From sequence record NZ_CP033968.1: 64,000 nt of DNA; one strand, 5' to 3'. The notes below the pieces were generated by a model. That model was not told where the DNA came from. It searched no databases and worked only from the letters and a program-made list of their open reading frames with translations. The first letter of the stretch is position 1. Each line of letters opens with the position of its first letter. The stretch comes from a plasmid. The position numbers and the translations under genes are program-made. This document shows, piece by piece, positions 29,709 through 39,415 of this stretch.

Positions 29709-30584
29709 TTAAAGAAAAATCTCGTCCTTGGGAGACTGCTGGGTGAGTTGAAGGCGCGGGTGGCTCAACAGAAGGGCGCTTTCGACTTTGGTGAGCCCTG
29801 CGTCCTGCTCAACCGTCTGTCGTGCGATCGCAACGTCGGCGATCTTTTGGTTCTGGTCGTCAAGCCTGGTCTTGTACATGGTGTAGCGATCGGACTTGGC
29901 AGAATCAGCTTGCTGACTCTGCGCACCGGCACGCTGCCTTGGCGGTGCTGCATCGACGCCACTCGCTCCGGGAGGAGGGGTGTCGGTGAGCCCAGGCCCG
30001 CGATCCGGACTACCAAACTTGGCGTGCAGGCCTTCCAAGTACTTCACGTCACTGAAGAGGTTCATATGTACGTCAGCGCCGAATCCAAGCAACGACATAC
30101 ATTTGCTCATCCCATCCGTGAAGCTCTTCTTTGGCGCCTCTTCGTCAGTGAAGACGCCGTGGGTCGTACGCCCGACAAACGTCGTCTGGCCGAACTGTTC
30201 GATCTCACCGCGTCGAATCTCGCCTCTCCAATCCATCTCGTACCAGAAGCGAACGCGCAATTTATGGATCAGCTCGCGCCCCCAAGAGTTGCCGTTCTCG
30301 TCCCAGCCCAACGGAGACCCCTCCAGAATCTCTTCCGAAACAATGGTGCACCCCCAACCTAGTCCCATTGGACCGAACAGCTTGGTGGCTTTCTGGACGA
30401 GGTAGGTTGGAGTAACTGCTGTACCTGAGAACCCGCTATGAGTGCTGAACTCCTTCGTGAAGGTTGGATCAGTATGAAACACCTTGTCCCAGACATGAGC
30501 ACAGCCTTCACCCAGTGGTCCTTGCATCCACCCCGGAACCGGTAAGTTGGTCCCCTTGCTGTTGTTGCTGCCGTTTTCACTCAT
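29709..30584 (-). CDS. Rad52/Rad22-like single-strand annealing protein (tentative)
   Basis: KKSFTDGMSKCMSLLGFG resembles the conserved Rad52 motif KSAVTDxLKRALRxFG. Confidence 0.45.
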   Translation of the reverse strand: MSENGSNNSKGTNLPVPGWMQGPLGEGCAHVWDKVFHTDPTFTKEFSTHSGFSGTAVTPTYLVQKATKLFGPMGLGWGCTIVSEEILEGSPLGWDENGNSWGRELIHKLRVRFWYEMDWRGEIRRGEIEQFGQTTFVGRTTHGVFTDEEAPKKSFTDGMSKCMSLLGFGADVHMNLFSDVKYLEGLHAKFGSPDRGPGLTDTPPPGASGVDAAPPRQRAGAQSQQADSAKSDRYTMYKTRLDDQNQKIADVAIARQTVEQDAGLTKVESALLLSHPRLQLTQQSPKDEIFL

Positions 30585-30808
30585 TCATCGACCCTCCTAT
30601 GACTGATGCGGGAATGCCTTGCGAAGAGGTATGCGGCACAACGTCGGATAAGGCCTACCAGGCCGGGTTGCGGACAGACTTGTCTCGGCTCACACTTGCG
30701 AATACTTAACACGTCGTTATAATTCTATTGTGCGTGCGAAACGTTTGCAATCGTTGCACTCTTTATCGGTACGCGTTATTCTTCGCCATCACATCATCCT
30801 GTATCGCA

Positions 30809-31435
30809 ATGACCCGACTTCTCAAACCGGCAGTCGCCCTTGTGTTCGCGAGCCTCGCGTGGCAGGCGTGGGCGGTGGACGCGCATCAGATCGTCGTTCC
30901 CCAAAGCGACGGCATCGCAATTGAGCCCGCCCATCGCGCTCACGTTTTGTCCGACCAGCAGCGGAACTTCCAACTGAAGCGCGATGGCGCTTTCTGGATG
31001 GTCATGGAACCCGCACGCTCGCGCGCACTGATACCGGAGGAGGAAGCTCGCCTAGCGGCAGAGGAAGCCAGCTTGAACGCCGCGCCCAAGGATTCGACGC
31101 CCGTAGCGGCTGCGACTCTCCATTTCTCGTTCAACCGGGCAAAGCCTATGTCTTGGAGCCCGCTGGCCAAAGTGCTGAATCAGGCCCAGACTTCATCGGC
31201 GCGCATCACCGTGGTCGGCCACGCCGACGAGGTGGGAACCGCTCAGTACAACAAGCGACTCTCCGAGGTCCGCGCAAACGAGGTTCGTCGCTACCTGACG
31301 GCAAAGGGCGTCGATCCCGCTCGGATCAGTGTTGAAGGGCGGGGCAAACTCGAGCCGGTTGCCCCTGGTGATGGCGTACGGAACCGGCGGGCGGTCATTG
31401 ACGTCCTGGCATTTCCGCAGGGGGCAGGCCAGTGA
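30809..31435 (+). CDS. OmpA/MotB-domain protein
   Basis: Signal peptide. C-terminal OmpA-like block ITVVGHADEVGTAQYNKRLSEVRANEVRRYL. Confidence 0.7.
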   Translation: MTRLLKPAVALVFASLAWQAWAVDAHQIVVPQSDGIAIEPAHRAHVLSDQQRNFQLKRDGAFWMVMEPARSRALIPEEEARLAAEEASLNAAPKDSTPVAAATLHFSFNRAKPMSWSPLAKVLNQAQTSSARITVVGHADEVGTAQYNKRLSEVRANEVRRYLTAKGVDPARISVEGRGKLEPVAPGDGVRNRRAVIDVLAFPQGAGQ

Positions 31436-31716
31436 AAGAGATTGATATCCCGCGCTACGTCGACAATCAACCCCAGCTGTTCTTCTGGGAACTTGACGAA
31501 GCCATCATTTTCATCGGTTGTTTAGCCGGCGGAATCTCACTGGGCGGCTACTTCACGCTCGTCAGCATGGCGCTCGGTTACGGGGCAGTGAAGGCGTTCC
31601 GACGCTTCAAGAATGGTTCGCTGGAAGGCATCCTCTACCACCTGTGCTATTGGGCTGGGCTCATGGCGCTGAACAAGCAGTATCAGGACTCCTCGAAGCG
31701 CGACTTCTTCTACTAG
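31432..31716 (+). CDS. traL: TraL-like T4SS protein
   Basis: 94 aa with one transmembrane segment, at the head of the traE-K-B-V operon. DEAIIFIG motif. Confidence 0.6.
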   Translation: MKEIDIPRYVDNQPQLFFWELDEAIIFIGCLAGGISLGGYFTLVSMALGYGAVKAFRRFKNGSLEGILYHLCYWAGLMALNKQYQDSSKRDFFY

Positions 31717-31786
31717 AACCCGCCCCTTTTTTTAGTCATCTATTATCGGTACGTGTTATGTATCCGTACAGCAACCGAACGGAGTT

Positions 31787-32512
31787 TTGATGAAGATGCC
31801 GCTGCTTACCTCCACATGGGAGGGCTCCAACAAGCTGGCCAGCGTAATGATTCTGTCGAACGTCATTCTTGCCGTCGGCGTGGTCATTGCCGTTGGCAAG
31901 CTGGTCACTGACCACGAAGTCACCCGCATCGTGCCGCCGCACCTCACAAAGGCGGTCTCCGTTGGCTGGGAATCTGCCGACCAGGAGTATCTGGAAAGCT
32001 TCGCGACGTACGTGGCCACGCTCACAGCGAATATCACTCCGAAGAACGTCGATTTCGTGATCGAGCGGCTTTCTGGCCTAGTCTCCCCACGGGTCTACAC
32101 CAACGTTCGTCAGCAACTGCTGGTGCTGAGCAAGAACCCAGTCTTCAAGCACAACGGTGGCTCGGTTCGCTTCGACCCGTCGAAGGTGGTGTCCGAGAAG
32201 GAGACGAAGAAGGTCTTCATCCTTGGCCAGATGACCACCCAGAGCATCGGCGGCAAGGACACGAAGAACTATGTGATCGAGATGAACGTCGTCATGCGTG
32301 ACGGGCGTCCATGGGTGGACAGCCTTGACCATTACGAAGGCTCCGATCCTCATACGCTCACCTGGATCGAGAAGAATCCGGTCCTCGCTCAAGAGGCCCT
32401 CCGCCGACAAGCGGAGAGTGCGGCAACGCAGGCCGATCAGATCCTCAAGCAGCAGGCCGCCGAATCCGTGAGCATCCAGCCCCTGAACACAACCAAGGAG
32501 GTTGCGCAATGA
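31787..32512 (+). CDS. traE: TraE-like (VirB8-like) T4SS protein
   Basis: N-terminal transmembrane anchor. Position in the traL-E-K-B order. Confidence 0.6.
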   Translation: MMKMPLLTSTWEGSNKLASVMILSNVILAVGVVIAVGKLVTDHEVTRIVPPHLTKAVSVGWESADQEYLESFATYVATLTANITPKNVDFVIERLSGLVSPRVYTNVRQQLLVLSKNPVFKHNGGSVRFDPSKVVSEKETKKVFILGQMTTQSIGGKDTKNYVIEMNVVMRDGRPWVDSLDHYEGSDPHTLTWIEKNPVLAQEALRRQAESAATQADQILKQQAAESVSIQPLNTTKEVAQ

Positions 32513-33366
32513 AGCGCCTCGCACTAGCTGTCGCCGCGCTGATCGCGCTACCAGTCCTCGCGGACGAACTGCCCCCGCCGGTCCCCGGCAAGAAGCTCTC
32601 GGCGGCAGAGTCTCGCCTCGCGGAAATTGCCGCTAAGCGGGTACAGAAAGTCCCCGCACAGAACCTGCCCGGCTTGGGCACCATGCCAGGCGACACCCAG
32701 GTGTACAAGCCGCAGGTTGTCCGCGTGAGCCCAGACCGCAATGAGGTCATCAACGTTTCGTCGGGCCTGCCCAATCGTATCGCGACACCGTTTGCAAACC
32801 CCCAGTCCATCGACGGGCAATCGGCTGACGTCGAAGTGAAGGCGGTGGGGCAGTCCCTCTACGTCACGATGAAGACCGATCGCTCGGTGGCACTGTATGT
32901 GACCGGTGACAAGCCAAACGATCCCGTCGTTTCGCTGACGCTCGTTCCCAAGAGCCTGCCTGCACAGACGATCACCCTCCAACTGGACAAGCCCGTTGCA
33001 AGCACGGGCGCTGTGCCCGGCGACGAAGAGCGGGGCGCCGACAGCTCGGTCTATACCGATCGCTTGCGCTACGTTCTGCGTCAGATCGCTCTTGGCAAGG
33101 TCCCGGAAGGCTTCTCGGACGGCGTTCTTCCGAAGTCAGTCGCACGGATGGGGCCGGTGATCGCCTATCCATTGACCCGCTACTCGGGCCCTACCTACGA
33201 CATCTTCCGCTACCGCATCGAGGCCTCAGTCGATAGCGTCGATCTCGACGAGGGCGCGTTCTACACCGACGGCGTGCGTGCCGTGGCCTTCTTCCCATAC
33301 GCCGCATTGCGCAAGGGCGAGTCGACCGAAGTGTTCATCGTATCCGACAAGACGGAGAGCAACTGA
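32509..33366 (+). CDS. traK: TraK-like (VirB9-like) secretin-like T4SS protein
   Basis: Signal peptide and synteny. Overlapping start and stop with its neighbours. Confidence 0.6.
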   Translation: MKRLALAVAALIALPVLADELPPPVPGKKLSAAESRLAEIAAKRVQKVPAQNLPGLGTMPGDTQVYKPQVVRVSPDRNEVINVSSGLPNRIATPFANPQSIDGQSADVEVKAVGQSLYVTMKTDRSVALYVTGDKPNDPVVSLTLVPKSLPAQTITLQLDKPVASTGAVPGDEERGADSSVYTDRLRYVLRQIALGKVPEGFSDGVLPKSVARMGPVIAYPLTRYSGPTYDIFRYRIEASVDSVDLDEGAFYTDGVRAVAFFPYAALRKGESTEVFIVSDKTESN

Positions 33367-33367
33367 C

Positions 33368-34591
33368 ATGTCTGAGTCGCTTTCCGACAAGTTCAAGAAG
33401 AAGTGGCTGGACTTGCCACCCCGGTCCCGAACGGTCATTGCTATCGCTGTGCTTTTCGGCTCGATGGTGGCTATCGGGTCGCTGTTCATCAAACCGCACA
33501 GCAAGCCCCGTAAGCAGGTTGAGCAGCCAGCGGTAAGCAACATGCTGCTTCCCAAGCCCAAGGACACCACGGGGGAACAGCTGTCCGCGCAGAACTCTGC
33601 CACCCAGAAAGACGTCGACAGACTCAAGGGCGATCTAGAGGCAGCCGCGAAAGACAGCAGGGCTCTTCAGGCACGGATCGACGAGATGGAGAGGGAACGC
33701 AAGCAGCCGGCCAACGGCGTTACCTCGGACATGATGAAAGAACTCATGGAAATGAAGGGCCGCCTCGAGGCCATGGAGCGCAAAGGCACCGCCCCTGGAA
33801 AGGCGCCGGCACTCTCCGACCCGTTGCCTGTTCCGACCGAAGGTGGGAAGGCGGGAGAGGAACCGCCAGAGCGTGCCAAAGACCAGGAAGTATCGCGCAT
33901 TCGAGTATCGGGCAACGCAGCCACGACCACTGTAGCTCAAGCCAAGCAGGAATCGAAGCCGACACCGTACCTCACCGCGGGCTCAATGTTCGAAGCAATC
34001 CTGCTGAACGGTATGGATGCGCCCACCAACTCGGTAGCGCAGAAAAATCCTATGCCGGCCGTCATGCGGATCAAGACTGAAGCGCTGCTGCCGAATCAGT
34101 ACAGCCACGATGTCAAGGAGTGCTTTGTACTGGTATCTGGCTTCGGGATCTTGTCAAGCGAGCGTGCCCAACTCAGGACTGAAACCCTCTCCTGTGTCCG
34201 CGAAGGGGGCAAAACCATGGAAGCCAAGGTCGATGGCTACGTCGTCGGCGAGGACGGCCGGGTTGGCGCTCGAGGCCGCCTCGTTTCGAAGCAGGGGCAG
34301 AAGATCGCGCAGGCTCTCACAGCTGGTGTCCTGAGCGGCTTCGCAACGGCGCTCACGCCAACGCAGGTGCCACGCCTGGACCTGAGCACTGGTGGCAACA
34401 ACTTCATCAGTACCCAACGCGCGACGCCCCAATCGATCCTCGAAACCGGCGTGGCGAAAGGGTTCTCTTCCTCCGCGAACATGGTCTCCCAGTTCTACCT
34501 GGAACTGGCAAAGGAGATGACGCCGGTGGTCGAGATTGATGCTGGCCGCAAGCTGACTGTCGTCCTCATCAAGGGCGTCGAACTCAAGTAA
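33368..34591 (+). CDS. traB: TraB-like (VirB10-like) T4SS protein
   Basis: N-terminal transmembrane segment, coiled-coil/Pro-rich linker and a conserved C-terminal domain. Confidence 0.65.
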   Translation: MSESLSDKFKKKWLDLPPRSRTVIAIAVLFGSMVAIGSLFIKPHSKPRKQVEQPAVSNMLLPKPKDTTGEQLSAQNSATQKDVDRLKGDLEAAAKDSRALQARIDEMERERKQPANGVTSDMMKELMEMKGRLEAMERKGTAPGKAPALSDPLPVPTEGGKAGEEPPERAKDQEVSRIRVSGNAATTTVAQAKQESKPTPYLTAGSMFEAILLNGMDAPTNSVAQKNPMPAVMRIKTEALLPNQYSHDVKECFVLVSGFGILSSERAQLRTETLSCVREGGKTMEAKVDGYVVGEDGRVGARGRLVSKQGQKIAQALTAGVLSGFATALTPTQVPRLDLSTGGNNFISTQRATPQSILETGVAKGFSSSANMVSQFYLELAKEMTPVVEIDAGRKLTVVLIKGVELK

Positions 34592-34611
34592 ACGGGTCAA
34601 GGAGGCCCACC

Positions 34612-35286
34612 ATGAAATTTCGACTTCTTCTCGCGACGCTTCCACTGCTCGCGACCGGCTGCTCATCGATCTTGAACACAGCGGACAACGATTCCTTCTC
34701 GTGCCCGGGTATGCCGCAGGGAATCATCTGCAAGACGCCGCTGGCCGTCTACAAATCGACGAACCAGATGCCGCAACCGACGGAGAGCGATCGCCCCTTT
34801 GGGTCTTCAGGAGCTCGTGGCGTTCAGGCGGGGGACGATCAGGGAAACGTTGCGCGCCCTGAGCTCACCAGCGGTGTTGCCGCAGGTGCGCCAGGGCTGA
34901 TCCAAACGTCCGTCCCGGGTTCCGCCCAGGCCAACGGAACGGCACGCCCGGTCCGCAAGCCGGCGCAAGTCATGCGCATCTGGATCGCTCCGTGGATCGA
35001 TAGCAAAGACGATCTTCACTACCCGTCATATCTGTACACCGAGGTACAACCGCGCCGCTGGTCGTTCGGCAAGTCCGAGTTCGCCGGCAAGGGCATGGTT
35101 GTTCCTCATCGTGAGCTCGCAGCGGTCGCTCCGATTCCCCAGGAATCGGGCCGGCCGAACGGGAAACCTGCAGCGCAAAGAACTCCCGGGGGGGATGCGC
35201 CGCAGGCAGACGCCAACCAGCCATATCAGGGGACCGATGTGACGAAGCTTGGCATGCCATCTCCCTCGGACATTAACCTCGAGTGA
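34612..35286 (+). CDS. traV: TraV-like outer-membrane lipoprotein
   Basis: Lipobox LLATGCSS. The paired cysteines FSCPGMPQGIICK resemble TraV. Confidence 0.6.
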   Translation: MKFRLLLATLPLLATGCSSILNTADNDSFSCPGMPQGIICKTPLAVYKSTNQMPQPTESDRPFGSSGARGVQAGDDQGNVARPELTSGVAAGAPGLIQTSVPGSAQANGTARPVRKPAQVMRIWIAPWIDSKDDLHYPSYLYTEVQPRRWSFGKSEFAGKGMVVPHRELAAVAPIPQESGRPNGKPAAQRTPGGDAPQADANQPYQGTDVTKLGMPSPSDINLE

Positions 35287-35313
35287 TCATTTCCACATTA
35301 GGAGAAATCTCCC

Positions 35314-35610
35314 ATGAACCGCATTACCAACAACAAGCAAGCTCTGCTGACCATGGCCATGATGGCACTCGTGCTTGCGGTCAACGCGTCCGCGGCCTCG
35401 GATACCACGTTCGCGCAGATCGTGACCCGACTGTCTGACTGGATGACCGGCTCGCTGGGCACGGTTTTCGCGCTCGGCTCGCTGGCTGTCGGCCTGGCCA
35501 TCGGCGTCGTCAAGCAGTCCGTGATGAGCGTGGTGACCGGTGTGGCGGTGGCTCTGTCCGCCTCCCTGGGCCCTGGCGTCCTGCAAGGTCTTTTCACGGC
35601 AGCGCTGTAA
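35314..35610 (+). CDS. traA: pilin-like protein (TraA-type)
   Basis: 98 aa, with a signal-like leader followed by two hydrophobic segments. Located between traV and traC. Confidence 0.5.
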   Translation: MNRITNNKQALLTMAMMALVLAVNASAASDTTFAQIVTRLSDWMTGSLGTVFALGSLAVGLAIGVVKQSVMSVVTGVAVALSASLGPGVLQGLFTAAL

Positions 35611-35740
35611 TGCTCGTGCCTCCGGCTTTCGTCGGAGGCCGCGTTGCACTGCCGATCTCGAAACTGGTTCGCGGCTCCGGCCGCGAACTTGTCTTCTAAA
35701 GCGTATCCCCCATTCAGAATCACAAGGCAAGGAAATCACG

Positions 35741-38200
35741 ATGCTCGGGTCTCAAAAATCGAAGGGTTCCAAGTCCACGCCCACCATTGACGGAGACCGG
35801 GACAACGTTCCTTACGCCAAGATCACTGTTCGCGCGTGGGACCCGGATACAAATCTGCTCCTCGCGTCCGACAAGGGCGAGCACTATCTGGGCGCTTGCT
35901 TCATCGCGGACCCGCTGAAAGGCGCGGACGACGCGACCGTCGACAAATTCCGCTCGGCGTTGAGTATGCCGTTCCCGGCCGGGACGTTCATTCAAATCGG
36001 ACTCCTGTCTTCCCCCGACGCAGACGAATTCTTTGACGCGTACATGGCAGGGAAAGACACTGAGAACGAAGTGCTCCGCGCGCTCGCCGAGCAGCATGCC
36101 TCGTACGTCCGGAATGGCCGCCATGAGCCTCTGGTTACCCGCAGTGGCGTACTGGTGAACCGGCAGCGGCTCATCCTTACGATCAAGACGCCTTGCGCTC
36201 GCGCACTCCCCTCGGCCGCGGATATCGCGGCTGCTCGGGAGACTGTCGACCGCGTTCAGGAAGCATTCAAGGCCGCAGAGCTTCAGACCGTCCAGCTCGA
36301 CGCTCAGGGATACCTCGTTCTTCTCCGCCTGATCGCGAATATGTACGAGCACCCGAGCTTCCACTACGACGAGACCCGTCCTATTCGAGAACAGGTCTTC
36401 TTCCCAGGTGACTCGATCAACTACGACGATCCGAAGCTCATCAACTTCAATGATGGGGCGCACTTCGCCAAGGTCATGAGCGTCAAGCACTTCCCGAAAA
36501 GGGCGAGCTTGGCCATCATGAACCACATGATTGGCGATCCTCTTGGCCTGTCGAATCAAATCACAGACCCATACTACATGGTGCTGACGCTTCACTACCC
36601 TGATCAGGTAAAGAAGGTCGACTGGGTCAAAAACCGATCCTCCATGCTGAATCACCAGGTGTTCGGCCCAACGGCGCACATGATCCCAATTCTTGGCTAC
36701 AAGAAACATGGGATGGACGTCCTGGTCCACGACATCGAAGGCAAGGGCTCCATCGTCTGTGAGGCGAACTTCACGCTCTTCCTGTTCTCCCGCAGCAAGG
36801 AGAAGCTCAACAAGCTCGCGGCCGGCCTGCGCGCCTACTACACCAGTCTGGCATTCGAGATCCGAGAGGACAGCCGCATTCTCGAGCCCCTCTGGAACAA
36901 CCTCCTGCCTCTGAACACCTCTCTCGAGGGAATCCAGAATCTGTTCCGATTTCACACGATGGGCGTCACGCACGCCGTGCAGTTCATGCCAGTCATCGGT
37001 GAATGGACCGGCAGCGGGCGAAATGGGGCGCTCCTCCTCGTAACGCGCCGCGGGCAACCTGCGCTGATCGATCTGTACGAGTCAACAACCAATTACAACG
37101 GCATCGTGTTCGCCGAGGCCGGCGCCGGTAAGTCGTTCCTTACCCAGAAGATCGTCAGCGACTACCTGGCCGAGGGCGCAAAAGTCTGGGCAATTGATGC
37201 CGGTCGCTCATACTTCAAGCTATGCAAGGCAGCCAAGGGCTCATTTGTCGAGTTCAAGGCTGACTCTGATCTGTGCCTGAATCCATTCACCTTCATCGAC
37301 AACCTCGAGGAGGAAATGGACATCATCAAGGCGATGATCGCCAAGATGGCAGCCCCCGACGAGCCGTTGGGGGCGTATGCGATGTCCCGTCTCGAAGAGG
37401 CGATCACCAGCGTCTATCAAAAGTATGGCCGCAACGCGTCCGTCAAGGCGGTGGCCGAGTTCTGCCTGCAGCAGCCCGACGAAGACACCCAGCGCCTTGG
37501 CCGCCAGCTTTATCCGTTCGCCGGCGGCGCCTACACTCGATGGTTCGAGGGCGAAAACAACCTGGACATGAACAACGCTTTCGTTGTTCTGGAGCTCAGC
37601 GACCTGAAGGGTCGGAAGGCGCTCCAGCAGGTTGTGCTGCTTCAGTTGATGTCGCGCATCAACTACGACATGTTCCTCACACGTGGTCGGAAGAAGATCC
37701 TGATCATTGATGAGGCCTGGGAACTGCTCGACGACCCGGTCATGGGCAAGGCAATGGAGGCCCTCTATCGCAAGGCGCGAAAAGAGAAGGGCGCCGTGCT
37801 GATCGTCACGCAATCGATTGAAGACCTCTACAACTCGCCGAACGCTCGCGCTATTGCCGCCAACTCGGCATGGCAGTTCATCCTGAAGCAGAACAGCGAG
37901 TCGATTGACGGTGCGATCGCAGGCGGGCACTTCAAGATCGAACCCTACGGTGCGCATATGCTCAAGACTGTGCATACGATTCCCGGAAAGTATTCGGAAG
38001 TCATGGTGAAGCAGAGCGAAAGCCAGTGGGGCATTTTCCGGCTGACTGTTGACCGCTTCACACAGGTCCTGTTCTCAACCAAGGATGACGAGCGCGACGC
38101 CATCTTTGATGCCATTGACCGCGGGGATAGTGTCGTCGACGCAGTCCATCGCTTTATCGACCAGGAAGCAGCAGCCGAGGACGCGCTCCTGGCCGCGTAG
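35741..38200 (+). CDS. traC: conjugative transfer ATPase TraC (VirB4-family)
   Basis: Walker A GAGKSF. Walker B / DEAW region. Size ~820 aa. Confidence 0.85.
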   Translation: MLGSQKSKGSKSTPTIDGDRDNVPYAKITVRAWDPDTNLLLASDKGEHYLGACFIADPLKGADDATVDKFRSALSMPFPAGTFIQIGLLSSPDADEFFDAYMAGKDTENEVLRALAEQHASYVRNGRHEPLVTRSGVLVNRQRLILTIKTPCARALPSAADIAAARETVDRVQEAFKAAELQTVQLDAQGYLVLLRLIANMYEHPSFHYDETRPIREQVFFPGDSINYDDPKLINFNDGAHFAKVMSVKHFPKRASLAIMNHMIGDPLGLSNQITDPYYMVLTLHYPDQVKKVDWVKNRSSMLNHQVFGPTAHMIPILGYKKHGMDVLVHDIEGKGSIVCEANFTLFLFSRSKEKLNKLAAGLRAYYTSLAFEIREDSRILEPLWNNLLPLNTSLEGIQNLFRFHTMGVTHAVQFMPVIGEWTGSGRNGALLLVTRRGQPALIDLYESTTNYNGIVFAEAGAGKSFLTQKIVSDYLAEGAKVWAIDAGRSYFKLCKAAKGSFVEFKADSDLCLNPFTFIDNLEEEMDIIKAMIAKMAAPDEPLGAYAMSRLEEAITSVYQKYGRNASVKAVAEFCLQQPDEDTQRLGRQLYPFAGGAYTRWFEGENNLDMNNAFVVLELSDLKGRKALQQVVLLQLMSRINYDMFLTRGRKKILIIDEAWELLDDPVMGKAMEALYRKARKEKGAVLIVTQSIEDLYNSPNARAIAANSAWQFILKQNSESIDGAIAGGHFKIEPYGAHMLKTVHTIPGKYSEVMVKQSESQWGIFRLTVDRFTQVLFSTKDDERDAIFDAIDRGDSVVDAVHRFIDQEAAAEDALLAA

Positions 38201-38223
38201 CGGATACGACACGTATCCTCGGA

Positions 38224-38262
38224 GGAATGCCCGCATTCGCGGGCATTCCTCTTTTCTCTTCG
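38224..38262 (+). terminator. rho-independent terminator
   Basis: GGAATGCCCGC-attc-GCGGGCATTCC hairpin followed by a T-rich run. Confidence 0.6.
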
Positions 38263-38381
38263 CACTTCAATCCATTTGCCGTATCGGTACGTGTTATGCT
38301 TCGGCAATTACCAGATGAGCGAGATTCTGGCCGCTGGGCCATCGCGCTTCCCGCGGAACATTTCTTTTACCCGAGCACACC

Positions 38382-38810
38382 ATGACCCAAGACACCGACA
38401 CCACTGCTCAACCCACTCCGCCGTCCTCTGCTACCCCGAGCCGCTCGCCTGATCAAGGGGGCGTGTCGCTCCTGACGACAATCATCGTTGCCGCGCTGTT
38501 TTCGGCGTTCTCCAGTGTCCTGAGCTGGAGCTTCGCTACGGGCGATCGCGTTCAAGCGACGCCGGTGGTCATGGTTGATGGGGCAAAGCTGGTGGAGCTC
38601 CAAGCGAAGGCGGCGCTCTCGAAGCCCGGGATGACCGTCGAACAGGCGGAATCTCAGGGCAAAGAATTCGTGCAACAACTGAACAACGCGCTGTCGGAGT
38701 ACACCCAGGCCGGCATCATCGTCGTCAACTCCTCTGTCGTGCTGAACAGGCCCGGCAGCGTGGATGTGACTGCAGCAGTCGCGCAGAAGCTCGGAATCAA
38801 GTTCGAGTGA
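38382..38810 (+). CDS. hypothetical membrane-anchored transfer protein
   Basis: Pro/Ser-rich N-terminus and one transmembrane segment, followed directly by the trhF-like peptidase. Confidence 0.45.
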   Translation: MTQDTDTTAQPTPPSSATPSRSPDQGGVSLLTTIIVAALFSAFSSVLSWSFATGDRVQATPVVMVDGAKLVELQAKAALSKPGMTVEQAESQGKEFVQQLNNALSEYTQAGIIVVNSSVVLNRPGSVDVTAAVAQKLGIKFE

Positions 38811-38814
38811 CCTC

Positions 38815-39378
38815 ATGCGATTCCACTACCCGATCCATCAGTATCTCGATCGCATTCGGCTCGGGATGAAGGACCAGAACCGCATTCGGTTCCTTCGTGC
38901 CTCGCTGCTATGGACTGTATTGAGCTTCCTCGTGGCTTTGGCCGCCGTCACCGAGTTCCGCAAGCACTACCAGATTGGGCTCGACCTTACACCGATCCGA
39001 TGCATGCCTGAGCGGCTGTATTGGGTGAAGCTTGGCGCCCCGAAGTCTGTCCAACGCGGAGACATCATCGCGTTCATCGCCCCCAAGGGGCTGATGCTCG
39101 AACCCTTCAACGGAAAAATGATCGCCAAGCAGGTAGCCGGCCTTCCGGGCGACACGGTCCGGGTGACGAACGACCGAGCATATGTGAACGGAAAGTACAT
39201 AGGGGACCTAGTGCTCAACCAGAAGCTCGGCCGTGGTCCGGGAGCTTTTGACCGGGAGGAGGTTGTACCTCCTGGAAAGCTCTTCGTGATCGGAACGCTT
39301 CCGCGTAGCTATGACGGCCGTTACTGGGGCTTTCTGGACCAACGGTCGTTGGTTGGCTCTGTGACGCCGCTCATCTGA
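38815..39378 (+). CDS. S26-family signal-peptidase-like protein (TraF/TrhF-like)
   Basis: Transmembrane segment and peptidase S26-like blocks (GDIIAF..., KQVAGLPGDTV), as in RP4 TraF / IncH TrhF. Confidence 0.6.
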   Translation: MRFHYPIHQYLDRIRLGMKDQNRIRFLRASLLWTVLSFLVALAAVTEFRKHYQIGLDLTPIRCMPERLYWVKLGAPKSVQRGDIIAFIAPKGLMLEPFNGKMIAKQVAGLPGDTVRVTNDRAYVNGKYIGDLVLNQKLGRGPGAFDREEVVPPGKLFVIGTLPRSYDGRYWGFLDQRSLVGSVTPLI

Positions 39379-39415
39379 TCCACACGTGACTACAGCCAAC
39401 TGCTACGGGTCAAGA

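Noticed and set aside
35720-37057. 445-aa minus-strand ORF opposite traC.
   Set aside because: Entirely antisense to a well-supported VirB4-family gene. Composition-driven.
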